64,000 nt of DNA from Staphylococcus phage vB_SepM_BE08. This document shows positions 50,783-60,068 of the stretch, in pieces; the first letter of the stretch is position 1, and every line of letters begins with the position of its first letter. A model generated the notes under the pieces. It ran no database searches. It was not told the DNA's origin and saw nothing but the letters and a program-made list of their open reading frames with translations. The DNA lies in sequence record MT596505.1. One strand, 5' to 3'. The translations under genes and the position numbers were made by a program.

Positions 50783-51295
50783 ATGAGAAAAATTAATCCA
50801 GTTGTTAAATTTGAAAAATTAATAAGAACGAGTGATGTAGAAAAGGTTAGTAATTACATTCAAAATAATAATTTACCATTAAATGTAGAAGATAATAATG
50901 ATATTAATGCTATTAATAGATATTTAGTTAGTGATGATGGTAAATTTATTGCTAAATACAATAAAGATAAAAACGCAGTAGGTTTTTATAAAGAAGTAGG
51001 AGATACTGTTAAACATTTAACACATGTTACAAGAGAAGAGCTAGGTAGTACTACTTTCACTATTAAAGAAAAAGAATATATTAATTTAGTAACAGAAGTA
51101 TTACCTCAAGGAGATATTTTATTAAAAACAAGTTATGAAATAGTAACTATTGATAACGATTCTGTATTAGGTTTTATTTCAGATGTAATGTATGATGTAG
51201 ATGATGTTGAAGAGATTATTTACACAGGATTGTCTAGTGGTAGAACTGAAAATGTTATTTTAGATTTTCAATTAGATAAATATTTAAGTAACTAA
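50783..51295 (+). CDS. hypothetical protein
   Basis: 170-aa ORF. Confidence 0.4.
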   Translation: MRKINPVVKFEKLIRTSDVEKVSNYIQNNNLPLNVEDNNDINAINRYLVSDDGKFIAKYNKDKNAVGFYKEVGDTVKHLTHVTREELGSTTFTIKEKEYINLVTEVLPQGDILLKTSYEIVTIDNDSVLGFISDVMYDVDDVEEIIYTGLSSGRTENVILDFQLDKYLSN

Positions 51296-51322
51296 AAAAA
51301 TAATTTTTAAGGTGGAACTTCG

Positions 51323-52060
51323 ATGTCAAAAGAATTAGAGTATAAATTAAGAGAGTATCCTAATGTTAGATATAATATGTTAAATCATACAGTATTTAAT
51401 GAATTTTTAAATAAAGCTACACAAGAACAATTACAGTTTTGTGAGGATTTCTTTAATGATAAAGTAGAAATTTTATTTAACGAAAGCCCAGCGGGTACAG
51501 GTAAAACTATGTGTAGTGTCGCATGTGCTTATGCAGATTGGTTAAATAAAGGAAAGAAATTAGTATTTATTATTGCTCCAGTTTCAGAAGATTTAGGTAG
51601 TAGACCAGGAAATCAAACAGAAAAAGAAATGGCATATTTTATGGGGTTACATGATGCTATTACAGAATTAAATATGGTACCAGAACAAGTTATAACAGAA
51701 ATGTTACTAATGGATGAAAATCATAAAGAAAACGATTTAGTAGATTGTTGGGTATCTCAAATATCTCATTTATTCTTACGTGGAGGTAACTTAAAAAATG
51801 TTACAGTAGTTATAAATGAAGCTCAAAACTTTAAACGTTCTGAATTGAAAAAAGTATTAACAAGACTACATTCTAACTCTAAATGTATTGTTGAAGGTAA
51901 CTATAGACAAATTGATTTAAGACAAAATAATAAATCTGGATTTGAACCTTATGTAGATTACTTTAAATCAGAGAATTATCAAGGTGCAGTATATCATCAC
52001 TTTACAACTAATTTTAGAAGTAAAATAGCACAGTTTGCAGACAATTTTAATTGGAAATAA
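51323..52060 (+). CDS. PhoH-like P-loop ATPase
   Basis: Walker A SPAGTGKTM. The size and overall pattern are PhoH-like. Confidence 0.5.
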   Translation: MSKELEYKLREYPNVRYNMLNHTVFNEFLNKATQEQLQFCEDFFNDKVEILFNESPAGTGKTMCSVACAYADWLNKGKKLVFIIAPVSEDLGSRPGNQTEKEMAYFMGLHDAITELNMVPEQVITEMLLMDENHKENDLVDCWVSQISHLFLRGGNLKNVTVVINEAQNFKRSELKKVLTRLHSNSKCIVEGNYRQIDLRQNNKSGFEPYVDYFKSENYQGAVYHHFTTNFRSKIAQFADNFNWK

Positions 52061-52080
52061 AAAATATTAAAAAAAGTATA

Positions 52081-52109
52081 TTGACATTTATATCTCCCTG
52101 TTATACAAT
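52081..52109 (+). promoter_or_regulatory. sigma-A promoter: TTGACA, 17-nt spacer, TACAAT
   Basis: Upstream context AAAAAGTATATTGACATT. Confidence 0.55.
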
Positions 52110-52131
52110 ATATCATACAGGGAGGCTTTTT

Positions 52132-52230
52132 ATGAATAAACTAACAAAGGAAGAAGTCAAACAAATATATACAAGCACTAAGACACAAGATGACAAATAT
52201 AAAAAGAGTAGAAAGATTAAAAGAATATAA
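52132..52230 (+). CDS. small basic protein (32 aa)
   Basis: Strong RBS AGGGAGG 7 nt upstream; MNKLTKEEVKQIYTSTKTQDDKYKKSRKIKRI. Confidence 0.35.
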   Translation: MNKLTKEEVKQIYTSTKTQDDKYKKSRKIKRI

Positions 52231-52244
52231 AGGAGAGTAAACTT

Positions 52245-52826
52245 ATGAGTGAAAAATATTTAACAGGAACATCTTTATCAGGAACATCAACTACAAGAGA
52301 TAGGGTAGAGAATGATTATTATGCTACTCCACCAGAGAGCACTTTAAAATTATTAGAAGTAGAGGAATTTAAGGGGAATGTATTAGAACCCTGTTGTGGA
52401 GAAGGACATATATCAGAAGTATTAAAGAAAAAAGGGTTTGAAGTACACTCCAATGATTTAATAAACAGAGGTTATGGGGAAGATAACAAAGACTTTTTAA
52501 AAGAAGGTTTTAGAACTTATGACAATATTATTACAAATCCACCTTATAAGTATGCTAAGGAATTTATTGAAAAGGCATTAAAAATAACAACAGGAAAAGT
52601 AGCTATGTTTTGTAAGATTCAATTATTAGAAGGTGTATCTAGATATGATATGTTTCAAAATTCTCCTTTAAAAACAGTCTATGTATTTACTAAAAGACAG
52701 AACCCTTGGCGTAATGGTAGTCCAGTAGATGAGAATGGTAAAAAATGGGCTAGTACAATGTGCTTTGCATGGTTTGTTTTTGAACATGGTTATGATGGAA
52801 AACCAACGATAGAATGGTTATTATAA
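52245..52826 (+). CDS. DNA N6-adenine methyltransferase (NPPY motif)
   Basis: Motif I-like LEPCCGEGH followed by catalytic NPPY. Confidence 0.6.
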   Translation: MSEKYLTGTSLSGTSTTRDRVENDYYATPPESTLKLLEVEEFKGNVLEPCCGEGHISEVLKKKGFEVHSNDLINRGYGEDNKDFLKEGFRTYDNIITNPPYKYAKEFIEKALKITTGKVAMFCKIQLLEGVSRYDMFQNSPLKTVYVFTKRQNPWRNGSPVDENGKKWASTMCFAWFVFEHGYDGKPTIEWLL

Positions 52827-52834
52827 AAAAAGTA

Positions 52835-52863
52835 TTGACATTGATATAAAAATGATGTAAAAT
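52835..52863 (+). promoter_or_regulatory. sigma-A promoter: TTGACA, 17-nt spacer, TAAAAT
   Basis: Upstream context AAAAAAGTATTGACATT. Confidence 0.5.
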
Positions 52864-52896
52864 AAAGATATAATAAAAATAAAGGAGATTTAAACT

Positions 52897-53586
52897 ATGA
52901 TTAATTTATTACACGGAGATTGTATAAAACTTATTGAAAAATTAGAGGACAACAGTGTTAATGCTATTATTACAGACCCACCGTATAACATTGCAAAAAA
53001 GAATAATTTTACTACTATGGGTAGAGCAGGTATTGATTTTGGAGATTGGGATAAAGAATTTGATGAAATTGCATGGATTGAAAAAGCAATTCCTAAAATA
53101 AAAAAAGGTGGTAATATTGTAGTATTCTGTGATATGAGACAATTTACACCTATTATAGAAAAAATGGAAAGTTTAGGTTGTGAATTTAAAGATGTTATCC
53201 GTATGGTTAAGTCAAATCCTATGCCTAGAAATAGGGATAGACGTTTTATTTTTGATACAGAATTTGCATTATATTTTATTAAAAAAGGCGCTAAATGGAC
53301 TTTTAATAGATTAGATGAGAAATATGAAAGACCTTTAATTGAGACAACTGTTACACCTAAATCGCAAAAGGTCGATAAAGGACACCCAACACAGAAACCT
53401 CTATATGCTATGGAATGGTTATTAGAGAGACTTACAAATGAAGGCGATACTATTCTTGACCCGTTTATGGGTAGTGGTACTACTGGAGTAGCTTGCCAAA
53501 AATTAAATCGTGATTTTATTGGTTGTGAATTATCCGATGAATATTTTAAAATGGCACAAAAGAGATTACAATATGGACTTAAATAG
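52897..53586 (+). CDS. beta-class DNA methyltransferase (N4-C/N6-A; DPPY first, then FxGxG)
   Basis: DPPYN at the N-terminus and DPFMGSGTTGVA near the C-terminus. Confidence 0.7.
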   Translation: MINLLHGDCIKLIEKLEDNSVNAIITDPPYNIAKKNNFTTMGRAGIDFGDWDKEFDEIAWIEKAIPKIKKGGNIVVFCDMRQFTPIIEKMESLGCEFKDVIRMVKSNPMPRNRDRRFIFDTEFALYFIKKGAKWTFNRLDEKYERPLIETTVTPKSQKVDKGHPTQKPLYAMEWLLERLTNEGDTILDPFMGSGTTGVACQKLNRDFIGCELSDEYFKMAQKRLQYGLK

Positions 53587-53599
53587 GAGGATAATTTAA

Positions 53600-54415
53600 A
53601 TGGAATTAAATAAAATTTATAATGAAGATTGTTTAGAGGGTATGAATAAAATACCTGATAAATCAGTAGATATGATACTTTGTGATTTACCCTATGAAGT
53701 TACTGCTTTAAAATGGGATAAGATTATACCTTTAGATAAATTATGGGAACAATATGAAAGAATTATTAAAGATAATGGTGCTATTGTTTTAACAGCTACT
53801 CAACCCTTTACAAGTAAACTTGTAATGAGTAATTCTAAATTATTTAAACATGAATGGATTTGGGAAAAACAAAAAGCAAACAACTTCATGGGTGCTAAGT
53901 ATCAACCATTAAAATATCATGAGAATATATTGGTTTTTGGTAAGGGTAAAGTAAATTATTATCCTCAGAAATATAAAGTGTTAGAAGTAGAAGAAATAAT
54001 TGAAATGAATAAAAAAGAATTAACAAACTTAATGAAAACTAGAGATTATGATAGATTTGGAAAAGTAGACAGACGTAAGACAATTAATAACTCTAAAAGT
54101 AATAAAGATTATTTAGGAACAAAAGTAACTAGAAATAGAACAAAAGATACAGGTTATAGAAATCCTAAAAGTGTTTTGAAAATTAATAAAGAGATTAATG
54201 GTTTATTACACCCTACACAAAAACCAGTAGCTTTATTTGAATACTTAATTAAAACATACTCTAACGAGGGAGATACTGTTTTAGATAACTGTATGGGAAG
54301 TGGTACTACTGCTATTGCTTGTTTAAATACTAATAGAAATTATATAGGATTTGAATTAGATGAAGAATATTATAATAAATCTTTAGATAGAATAGAAGAA
54401 CACAAAGGAGAATAA
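53600..54415 (+). CDS. beta-class DNA methyltransferase (N4-C/N6-A)
   Basis: DLPYE at the N-terminus and NCMGSGTTAIAC near the C-terminus. Confidence 0.7.
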   Translation: MELNKIYNEDCLEGMNKIPDKSVDMILCDLPYEVTALKWDKIIPLDKLWEQYERIIKDNGAIVLTATQPFTSKLVMSNSKLFKHEWIWEKQKANNFMGAKYQPLKYHENILVFGKGKVNYYPQKYKVLEVEEIIEMNKKELTNLMKTRDYDRFGKVDRRKTINNSKSNKDYLGTKVTRNRTKDTGYRNPKSVLKINKEINGLLHPTQKPVALFEYLIKTYSNEGDTVLDNCMGSGTTAIACLNTNRNYIGFELDEEYYNKSLDRIEEHKGE

Positions 54416-54419
54416 AATT

Positions 54420-54680
54420 ATGAAAAAACTATCATACAGTTTTCAAAAAGGTAATTTTTGGAGTAAGTTGTTATGGATTGTTGGATTAACATTATCTCTA
54501 ATTGTTGGTTGGTGCGTAATTGAGAGTATAGGTTTCTTCTTACAGACAACTGTAGGTACAATAGGATTGTTGTGTATTAGTCCTATTGTAGCTTTAGGTA
54601 TTATTGCTTTCAGTATTGTAAAATATCCTAGAGTACGTGAATTAGATTCTTACAGCAAATTTACACAAAAGTATTTATAG
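54420..54680 (+). CDS. small membrane protein (2 TM helices)
   Basis: 86-aa ORF. Confidence 0.4.
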   Translation: MKKLSYSFQKGNFWSKLLWIVGLTLSLIVGWCVIESIGFFLQTTVGTIGLLCISPIVALGIIAFSIVKYPRVRELDSYSKFTQKYL

Positions 54681-54695
54681 AAGAGGAGAGAATAG

Positions 54696-55439
54696 ATGGA
54701 AAAATTAGATAAGCCTATAATACTAGAGAATGGTACAACATTTACTCATAAAGAAAAGATAAATAACAGATGGCATTATATAGGAACTTGTGGTGTATGT
54801 AACGAAGGTTATAAAGTAAGAACAAGTGATATTGACAATAAATCGAATGTCATAAAATGCCATTCAAAATGTAAAGGTAATGGCAGGGAATTACCTAATT
54901 ATATTGAGAATGATACACCTATGTATAAACACATAAATGAGGAGCTGTGGCATAATATATTAGGATTCCCAGGATATTGGGTTAATAGAAAAGGAGAAAT
55001 TCTTGGTAGAAAAGGTAAAAAATTAAAATTAGGAAAAAGCACAAAAGGTTATCCTCAAATATTTCTTAAAACAAAACAGGTTAAAAAAGGTTTTAGAATA
55101 CACAGACTTGTTGCAGAGTATTTTATTTATAATGATAATCCAGAAATAAAAAATCAAGTTAATCATATAGATGGCAACAAAGAAAACAATTCAGTAGAAA
55201 ACTTAGAATGGTGTTCTAACAAAGAAAATCATGAACATAAAATGAGAAATAATTTAAATGTTGCTTTAAAAGGTTCAGAACACCATAATAGCGTTTTAAC
55301 AGAGCAGGATGTTATAGATATATTTAAGTCTAAAGAACCATATAATAAATTAATAAAAAAATATAATATTTCTAAATCAACAATATCTTCTATAAAATGT
55401 GGAAGAAATTGGAATCATATAACAAAGGAGATAAAATAA
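54696..55439 (+). CDS. free-standing HNH homing endonuclease (NUMOD4-like N-terminus and HNH core)
   Basis: GYWVNRKGEILGRKGKKLK ... VNHIDGNKENNSVENLEW. Confidence 0.7.
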   Translation: MEKLDKPIILENGTTFTHKEKINNRWHYIGTCGVCNEGYKVRTSDIDNKSNVIKCHSKCKGNGRELPNYIENDTPMYKHINEELWHNILGFPGYWVNRKGEILGRKGKKLKLGKSTKGYPQIFLKTKQVKKGFRIHRLVAEYFIYNDNPEIKNQVNHIDGNKENNSVENLEWCSNKENHEHKMRNNLNVALKGSEHHNSVLTEQDVIDIFKSKEPYNKLIKKYNISKSTISSIKCGRNWNHITKEIK

Positions 55440-56032
55440 TGGTAAATTATATTAAAGATAAAGTTTGTTATCTTGGGGGGCATATACTATCTCAAGGTAT
55501 GGTAGAATATAGACAAAAACAACATGATGAAGTGGAAGGTATTATAGGTATAACACCTTATTCTCCTATTAATGATAAATCAATTAATGATAAGGAAAAT
55601 GCTGTACAAGAAGGTCTTGCAGAAAGGATTCTTAAAAATGATTTTAGAGCTATGCAAGAATCTGATATTTTTGTATTTGATGTATTAAATGAAGGTATTG
55701 GTACAATTGCTGAATTAAGTATTGTTCTAGGTATGAAACATCAAGCAGATAGAACCCTAGCATTAATTGAATCTCAATTACACTATGACCATCCAGAATA
55801 TGATAATGTACATCAAATTGCATCTGAATCTAAAAAAATATTAGAAAAACCTGTTTTAATTTATTGCTCAGATATTCGTCAAGGAAATGGTAAACCATAC
55901 TATGACCCAGATAGAGCTGAATTTAGTACGAACCAATTCGTTTATGGCATGATTTTATCATTAACCAATGGCAAAGGGTTTATGTCTTGGGAAGAGGTTA
56001 AAGAAGAATTAGAATATTTAGGAGGAAATTAA
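55439..56032 (+). CDS. nucleoside 2-deoxyribosyltransferase / DNPH1-like family protein
   Basis: VFDVLNEGIGTIAELSIVLGMK fits the NDT-family pattern D-x-G-T-x2-E-x-G. The start is set at the RBS-linked ATG at 55439. Confidence 0.5.
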   Translation: MVNYIKDKVCYLGGHILSQGMVEYRQKQHDEVEGIIGITPYSPINDKSINDKENAVQEGLAERILKNDFRAMQESDIFVFDVLNEGIGTIAELSIVLGMKHQADRTLALIESQLHYDHPEYDNVHQIASESKKILEKPVLIYCSDIRQGNGKPYYDPDRAEFSTNQFVYGMILSLTNGKGFMSWEEVKEELEYLGGN

Positions 56033-56100
56033 TATGGATAATGTATCTATTGATTACTCTTTTATTATATTAAGAAATAAAAAAGAATAGAGGAGACGTT

Positions 56101-56736
56101 ATGACAGCTCAAATAATATACAATGATATACCTGTATTACTTGCTATGTTATATGGTATTTTGGTAATTGTAGGGTATATACCAGCTTTAGTATCGTTAG
56201 TAAAAGATAAAAATCTAAATGGAGTTAGTAGTAGTTTTTGGTACTTAATAAGTGTAACTGTAGGTATTAGTTTTTATAATATAATCTTAACTGGAGGAAC
56301 ACGATTTCAAGTAGTATCAATATTCTTAAACTTTCTTTTAGGTGTTGTTTGCTTACTAGTACTTAATTATCGTAAATTTAAATTTCATGGTATAGTTTAT
56401 ACAGTTATATTCTTATTAGCATTATATTTATTTTTAGGATTATTAACTAGTATAGAAATTACACAAACAGTAGCTAGTGTATCTATTGTACTAGCTTATG
56501 TAGGACAAATATATAAATTTGTTAAATCTAAATCTTCTAGTGGTACTAATAAATGGTTATACTTACTTATAGGTGTAGGTTTATTAAGTTTAGTTACAAG
56601 TATGGTTTTAACTGATGTGTCTAATCATATTATTATAACAGAATTAATTAATTTTATTTTAATATTAATTTGTTATTTTATGTCTAATTATTACTATAAA
56701 AGTGGGGTAGATATAAGTGAAAGACGAAGTAAGTAA
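56101..56736 (+). CDS. polytopic membrane protein (6-7 TM), candidate small-molecule transporter
   Basis: 211 aa, almost entirely hydrophobic helices; its family was not determined. Confidence 0.45.
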   Translation: MTAQIIYNDIPVLLAMLYGILVIVGYIPALVSLVKDKNLNGVSSSFWYLISVTVGISFYNIILTGGTRFQVVSIFLNFLLGVVCLLVLNYRKFKFHGIVYTVIFLLALYLFLGLLTSIEITQTVASVSIVLAYVGQIYKFVKSKSSSGTNKWLYLLIGVGLLSLVTSMVLTDVSNHIIITELINFILILICYFMSNYYYKSGVDISERRSK

Positions 56737-56983
56737 AATGGAAGTAATTTCAAATAATGAAATTATATTTTTAAGTACAATTAATAATATGTACATTAAA
56801 AGTGTAGATGAAGATAACATACCTATTGAATACACTAAAGATATTAAATATGCTCTATCTATACCTAATACAATTAATTTTAAAAATTCAACTAAATATT
56901 TAACTTTAATAACAAATAAATCAGTAATACCTATAAATAAAGTTACAGCTAAAACAACTACTATTACTACAGAAGAACTTTAA
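56717..56983 (+). CDS. hypothetical protein
   Basis: 88-aa ORF; an alternative start at 56738 is possible. Confidence 0.3.
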   Translation: MKDEVSKMEVISNNEIIFLSTINNMYIKSVDEDNIPIEYTKDIKYALSIPNTINFKNSTKYLTLITNKSVIPINKVTAKTTTITTEEL

Positions 56984-57000
56984 AAAGTTCTTCTTTTTTT
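56971..57000 (+). terminator. rho-independent terminator
   Basis: AGAAGAACUU-UAAA-AAGUUCUUCU followed by U7. Confidence 0.65.
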
Positions 57001-57061
57001 GTTGACAACTTTATAAGTAAATGTTATAGTAGATATAAGATAAATAAAGGAGGAATTTTAA

Positions 57062-57229
57062 TTGAAACCACTTATCACATTAACACAAGAAGAAACTAAG
57101 TTATTATTAGACTACTTAGAAACATTACAAGATGATATGAGAAATTATGAAGGTATGAGAGAGCTGTATAACCATATACAATCAAAATACAAAATTTCTA
57201 AAGGTATTATAGTTGACAAAAATGAATAG
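57062..57229 (+). CDS. small protein (55 aa) with a TTG start
   Basis: Promoter TTGACA-17-TATAGT (57002..57030) and RBS AAGGAGGAA 8 nt upstream of the TTG. Confidence 0.3.
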   Translation: MKPLITLTQEETKLLLDYLETLQDDMRNYEGMRELYNHIQSKYKISKGIIVDKNE

Positions 57230-57275
57230 CTATGATATACTTAAAAAGTAATAAATTAAAAAAGGAGATATAAAT

Positions 57276-57590
57276 ATGGATAAAGTAGAACTTATTAAGC
57301 AATGGGCAAAAGACAGAAATTTACAAACAGGTAAACCTGAAGGTCAAATGTTAAAATTACTAGAAGAGGCAGGAGAATTAGCTTCAGGTATTGCTAAAAA
57401 CAACGACCATGTAACAAGAGATAGTGTTGGGGATATTTTTGTAGTACTAACAGTACTATGTTTACAGTTAGACATAGATATTGAAGAGTGCATTGATATG
57501 GCGTATGATGAGATAAAAGAAAGACGTGGAAGACTTGTAAAGGGTATATTTGTTAAGGAAGAAGATTTAGATGAAACAGACCGTTATTAA
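57276..57590 (+). CDS. MazG-like nucleotide pyrophosphohydrolase
   Basis: EEAGELA ... DSVGDIFVVLTVLCL ... E-x2-E pattern typical of the MazG/HisE all-alpha NTP-PPase family. Confidence 0.7.
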   Translation: MDKVELIKQWAKDRNLQTGKPEGQMLKLLEEAGELASGIAKNNDHVTRDSVGDIFVVLTVLCLQLDIDIEECIDMAYDEIKERRGRLVKGIFVKEEDLDETDRY

Positions 57591-58188
57591 TATGGAAGGT
57601 AAGGAATTTAATAATCTAAAAGTTATTAGAAGAAATGGTTCAGATAATAAAGGAAAAGCCTTATGGGATGTTAAATGTCATTGTGGTAATATATTTACTA
57701 CCTCAGGTGCTTCTATCAGAAGCGGAGGAACAAAATCATGCGGTTGCTCTAGGTTAAAATCAGCTAAAAAAATGGGTAAAGATAATAAAACTCATGGAGA
57801 AACTGGTAGTAAACTCTATTCAATCTGGCACGGTATGAAAGCTAGGTGCTATAATAGTAATCATAAAAGTTATGATTACTATGGGGGTAGAGGTATAAAA
57901 GTATGTGACTCTTGGAAAAATTCTTTTGAGAACTTTAGAGATTGGTCACTCAATAACGGATACCAAAAAGAATTATCTATAGAAAGAAAAGATGTAAATG
58001 GTAACTATGAACCAGAAAATTGTAAGTGGGCTACCATGGAAGAGCAAAGCATAAATAGAAGAAATAATGTTTACTTATGGTATGAAGGTAAAGCAATGAC
58101 ACAGTCAGAAATATGCAAATTAACAGGTTTATCTAAATATAAAGTACGTAAAAATTTTAAAATCGTTAAAAGTGAAGACCTTAAATAA
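57571..58188 (+). CDS. free-standing HNH-type homing endonuclease
   Basis: LYSIWHGMKARCYNSNHKSYDYYGGRGIKVCDSW ... NGNYEPENCKWAT resembles a family of phage homing endonucleases, and there is a Cys cluster near the N-terminus. Confidence 0.55.
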   Translation: MKQTVINMEGKEFNNLKVIRRNGSDNKGKALWDVKCHCGNIFTTSGASIRSGGTKSCGCSRLKSAKKMGKDNKTHGETGSKLYSIWHGMKARCYNSNHKSYDYYGGRGIKVCDSWKNSFENFRDWSLNNGYQKELSIERKDVNGNYEPENCKWATMEEQSINRRNNVYLWYEGKAMTQSEICKLTGLSKYKVRKNFKIVKSEDLK

Positions 58189-58310
58189 GGTTAAATTGGA
58201 TAGAAATTGTTATATTATGGGTGTATAAATAATTTATACATTCCATAATATCTTTCCTTTTCCCTTATTACTTTTGTAGTAAGGGTTTTATTTTATATTG
58301 GAGGTATATT

Positions 58311-58727
58311 ATGGATATTAAAGAATTCTTAGAAGGACAACCTAAATCAGAGTATAAGGATAAACAGAAGTTAAAAGAAAGTATTATTAATACAAGTATT
58401 GAGATTACAAAAGTAAACCTAAATGATTTCAGAGAACTAGAAAAGTTATTTGATGATTTAAAAGAATACATCCATATTTTAGAAATTAATTATGGTAAAG
58501 AAACGAATATAGAAATTCCTAGCCACTATTCAGGAACAAAAGATGTTATATCATTCTTAGAAGAACAGTTTACAGCTGAATCTTTTGTTAGCTCTATGGT
58601 GTTTAACATTGTTAAGTATACTACAAGATTAGGTAGAAAAGATGAAGAAGCAAAAGAAATAAGTAAAATTAAAAATTACTATTTAAGATTGCATAACTTT
58701 TTCTTAACAGGTGACTCACTTGGATAG
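58311..58727 (+). CDS. hypothetical protein
   Basis: 138-aa ORF. Confidence 0.35.
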   Translation: MDIKEFLEGQPKSEYKDKQKLKESIINTSIEITKVNLNDFRELEKLFDDLKEYIHILEINYGKETNIEIPSHYSGTKDVISFLEEQFTAESFVSSMVFNIVKYTTRLGRKDEEAKEISKIKNYYLRLHNFFLTGDSLG

Positions 58728-59037
58728 TCAAACATTTAATAATTTAATTTATCTATGTAAGTCTACCTTTAATAGTTTAAAAAATTATGATGTAGTAGAC
58801 CATAATGTTACAACACATGCCACTGACGAAGGGGTTAAAAACTTCTATATAGCTTATGTAAGATTAGAAGGTAACTTTATTCCAGTTCAAATTGATTTAG
58901 AAAAGTTATTAAATAATGATTCTATAGAAAATATGTATAAATATATAATTAAATGTATAAAAATAGAAATACAAAAACACTATTTTAAAACATTTAACCA
59001 AAAAATAGATATTGATAGAATTTTAGATGAGGTATAA
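58711..59037 (+). CDS. hypothetical protein
   Basis: 108-aa ORF with a GTG start. Confidence 0.3.
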   Translation: MTHLDSQTFNNLIYLCKSTFNSLKNYDVVDHNVTTHATDEGVKNFYIAYVRLEGNFIPVQIDLEKLLNNDSIENMYKYIIKCIKIEIQKHYFKTFNQKIDIDRILDEV

Positions 59038-59040
59038 TAT

Positions 59041-59193
59041 ATGAAAAAATTTATTATTTTATTAAGTGTGATTGTTTCAGGTTATTTATTATATAGATAC
59101 TACTATAAATCTGTATTAGAACAAGATGATATAGATACTTATTCAGATATTGATTTTAATAAAGGCGACCATATACATTTAAATAATATTTAA
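59041..59193 (+). CDS. small membrane protein (50 aa)
   Basis: MKKFIILLSVIVSGYLLYRYYY... Confidence 0.3.
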   Translation: MKKFIILLSVIVSGYLLYRYYYKSVLEQDDIDTYSDIDFNKGDHIHLNNI

Positions 59194-59315
59194 AGGACTA
59201 TTAATTTAGTCCTTTAGTATTTAATAGACGCTTAATGTTTTTGTTACTTCTTTGTAATAATTTTATGTTATATTGGTACAGTAGAAAATTTGAAGAACGA
59301 AAGGATTTTTATTTT

Positions 59316-59978
59316 ATGTTTAAAAAATTAGTAGCTCCAATTGTAGTAGCAGGAGCATTATTTACAGTAGGACACTCAGCAGATGCTAGTGAAGTTAATT
59401 TTGAAGATTTAGCTAATAAAGCTCAACATAATAGCCCTGAATTAGTACAACATCCAGTACATGCAGGAGCATACGATTATAATTTTACACGAGAAGGTAT
59501 TAATTATCATTTCTATAGTGATGGTACTCACTTTGGATATGAATGGCACAATACTTTAGTAGAAAATCCAACACAAGACCACTTAACACCTAACCCTAAT
59601 GCTACAACTAATAATACAGTAGCTAAACAAGAACAAGCACCTACACAAGAAGTAGTTAAACGAAATGAAGGTGTTAAATCTTACAGTGCACCGTCTCAAT
59701 CAACTTCATCAGTTAAACTATCAAACGGTAATACACCTGGTTCTGTAGGTTCAAGTGTAGCTCAAGAAATGGCTAAACGTACAGGCGTATCAGCTTCAAC
59801 TTGGGAACACATCATTGCCAGAGAATCTAATGGAGACCCTAATGCACACAACCCTTCAGGAGCACATGGCGTGTTACAGACGATGCCAGGATGGGGAGAT
59901 ACTTCAACAGTACAAGGACAAATCAATGCTGCTGAGAAAGCCTTTAACGCTCAAGGTTTAACAGCTTGGGGTATGTAA
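59316..59978 (+). CDS. secreted lytic transglycosylase-like protein (signal peptide and C-terminal SLT-type domain)
   Basis: Signal peptide MFKKLVAPIVVAGALFTVGHSADA. C-terminus ARESNGDPNAHNPSGAHGVLQTMPGW ... AQGLTAWG. The start is set at the RBS-linked ATG at 59316. Confidence 0.6.
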   Translation: MFKKLVAPIVVAGALFTVGHSADASEVNFEDLANKAQHNSPELVQHPVHAGAYDYNFTREGINYHFYSDGTHFGYEWHNTLVENPTQDHLTPNPNATTNNTVAKQEQAPTQEVVKRNEGVKSYSAPSQSTSSVKLSNGNTPGSVGSSVAQEMAKRTGVSASTWEHIIARESNGDPNAHNPSGAHGVLQTMPGWGDTSTVQGQINAAEKAFNAQGLTAWGM

Positions 59979-59990
59979 TATAAATAATTT

Positions 59991-60026
59991 AGACCTATGT
60001 AATTAGTTATTACATAGGTCTTTTTT
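59991..60026 (+). terminator. rho-independent terminator
   Basis: AGACCUAUGUAAU-UAGUU-AUUACAUAGGUCU followed by U6. Confidence 0.7.
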
Positions 60027-60068
60027 GTTATATTAACCATAGATAAAAAATAGATTGGAGACATGATA

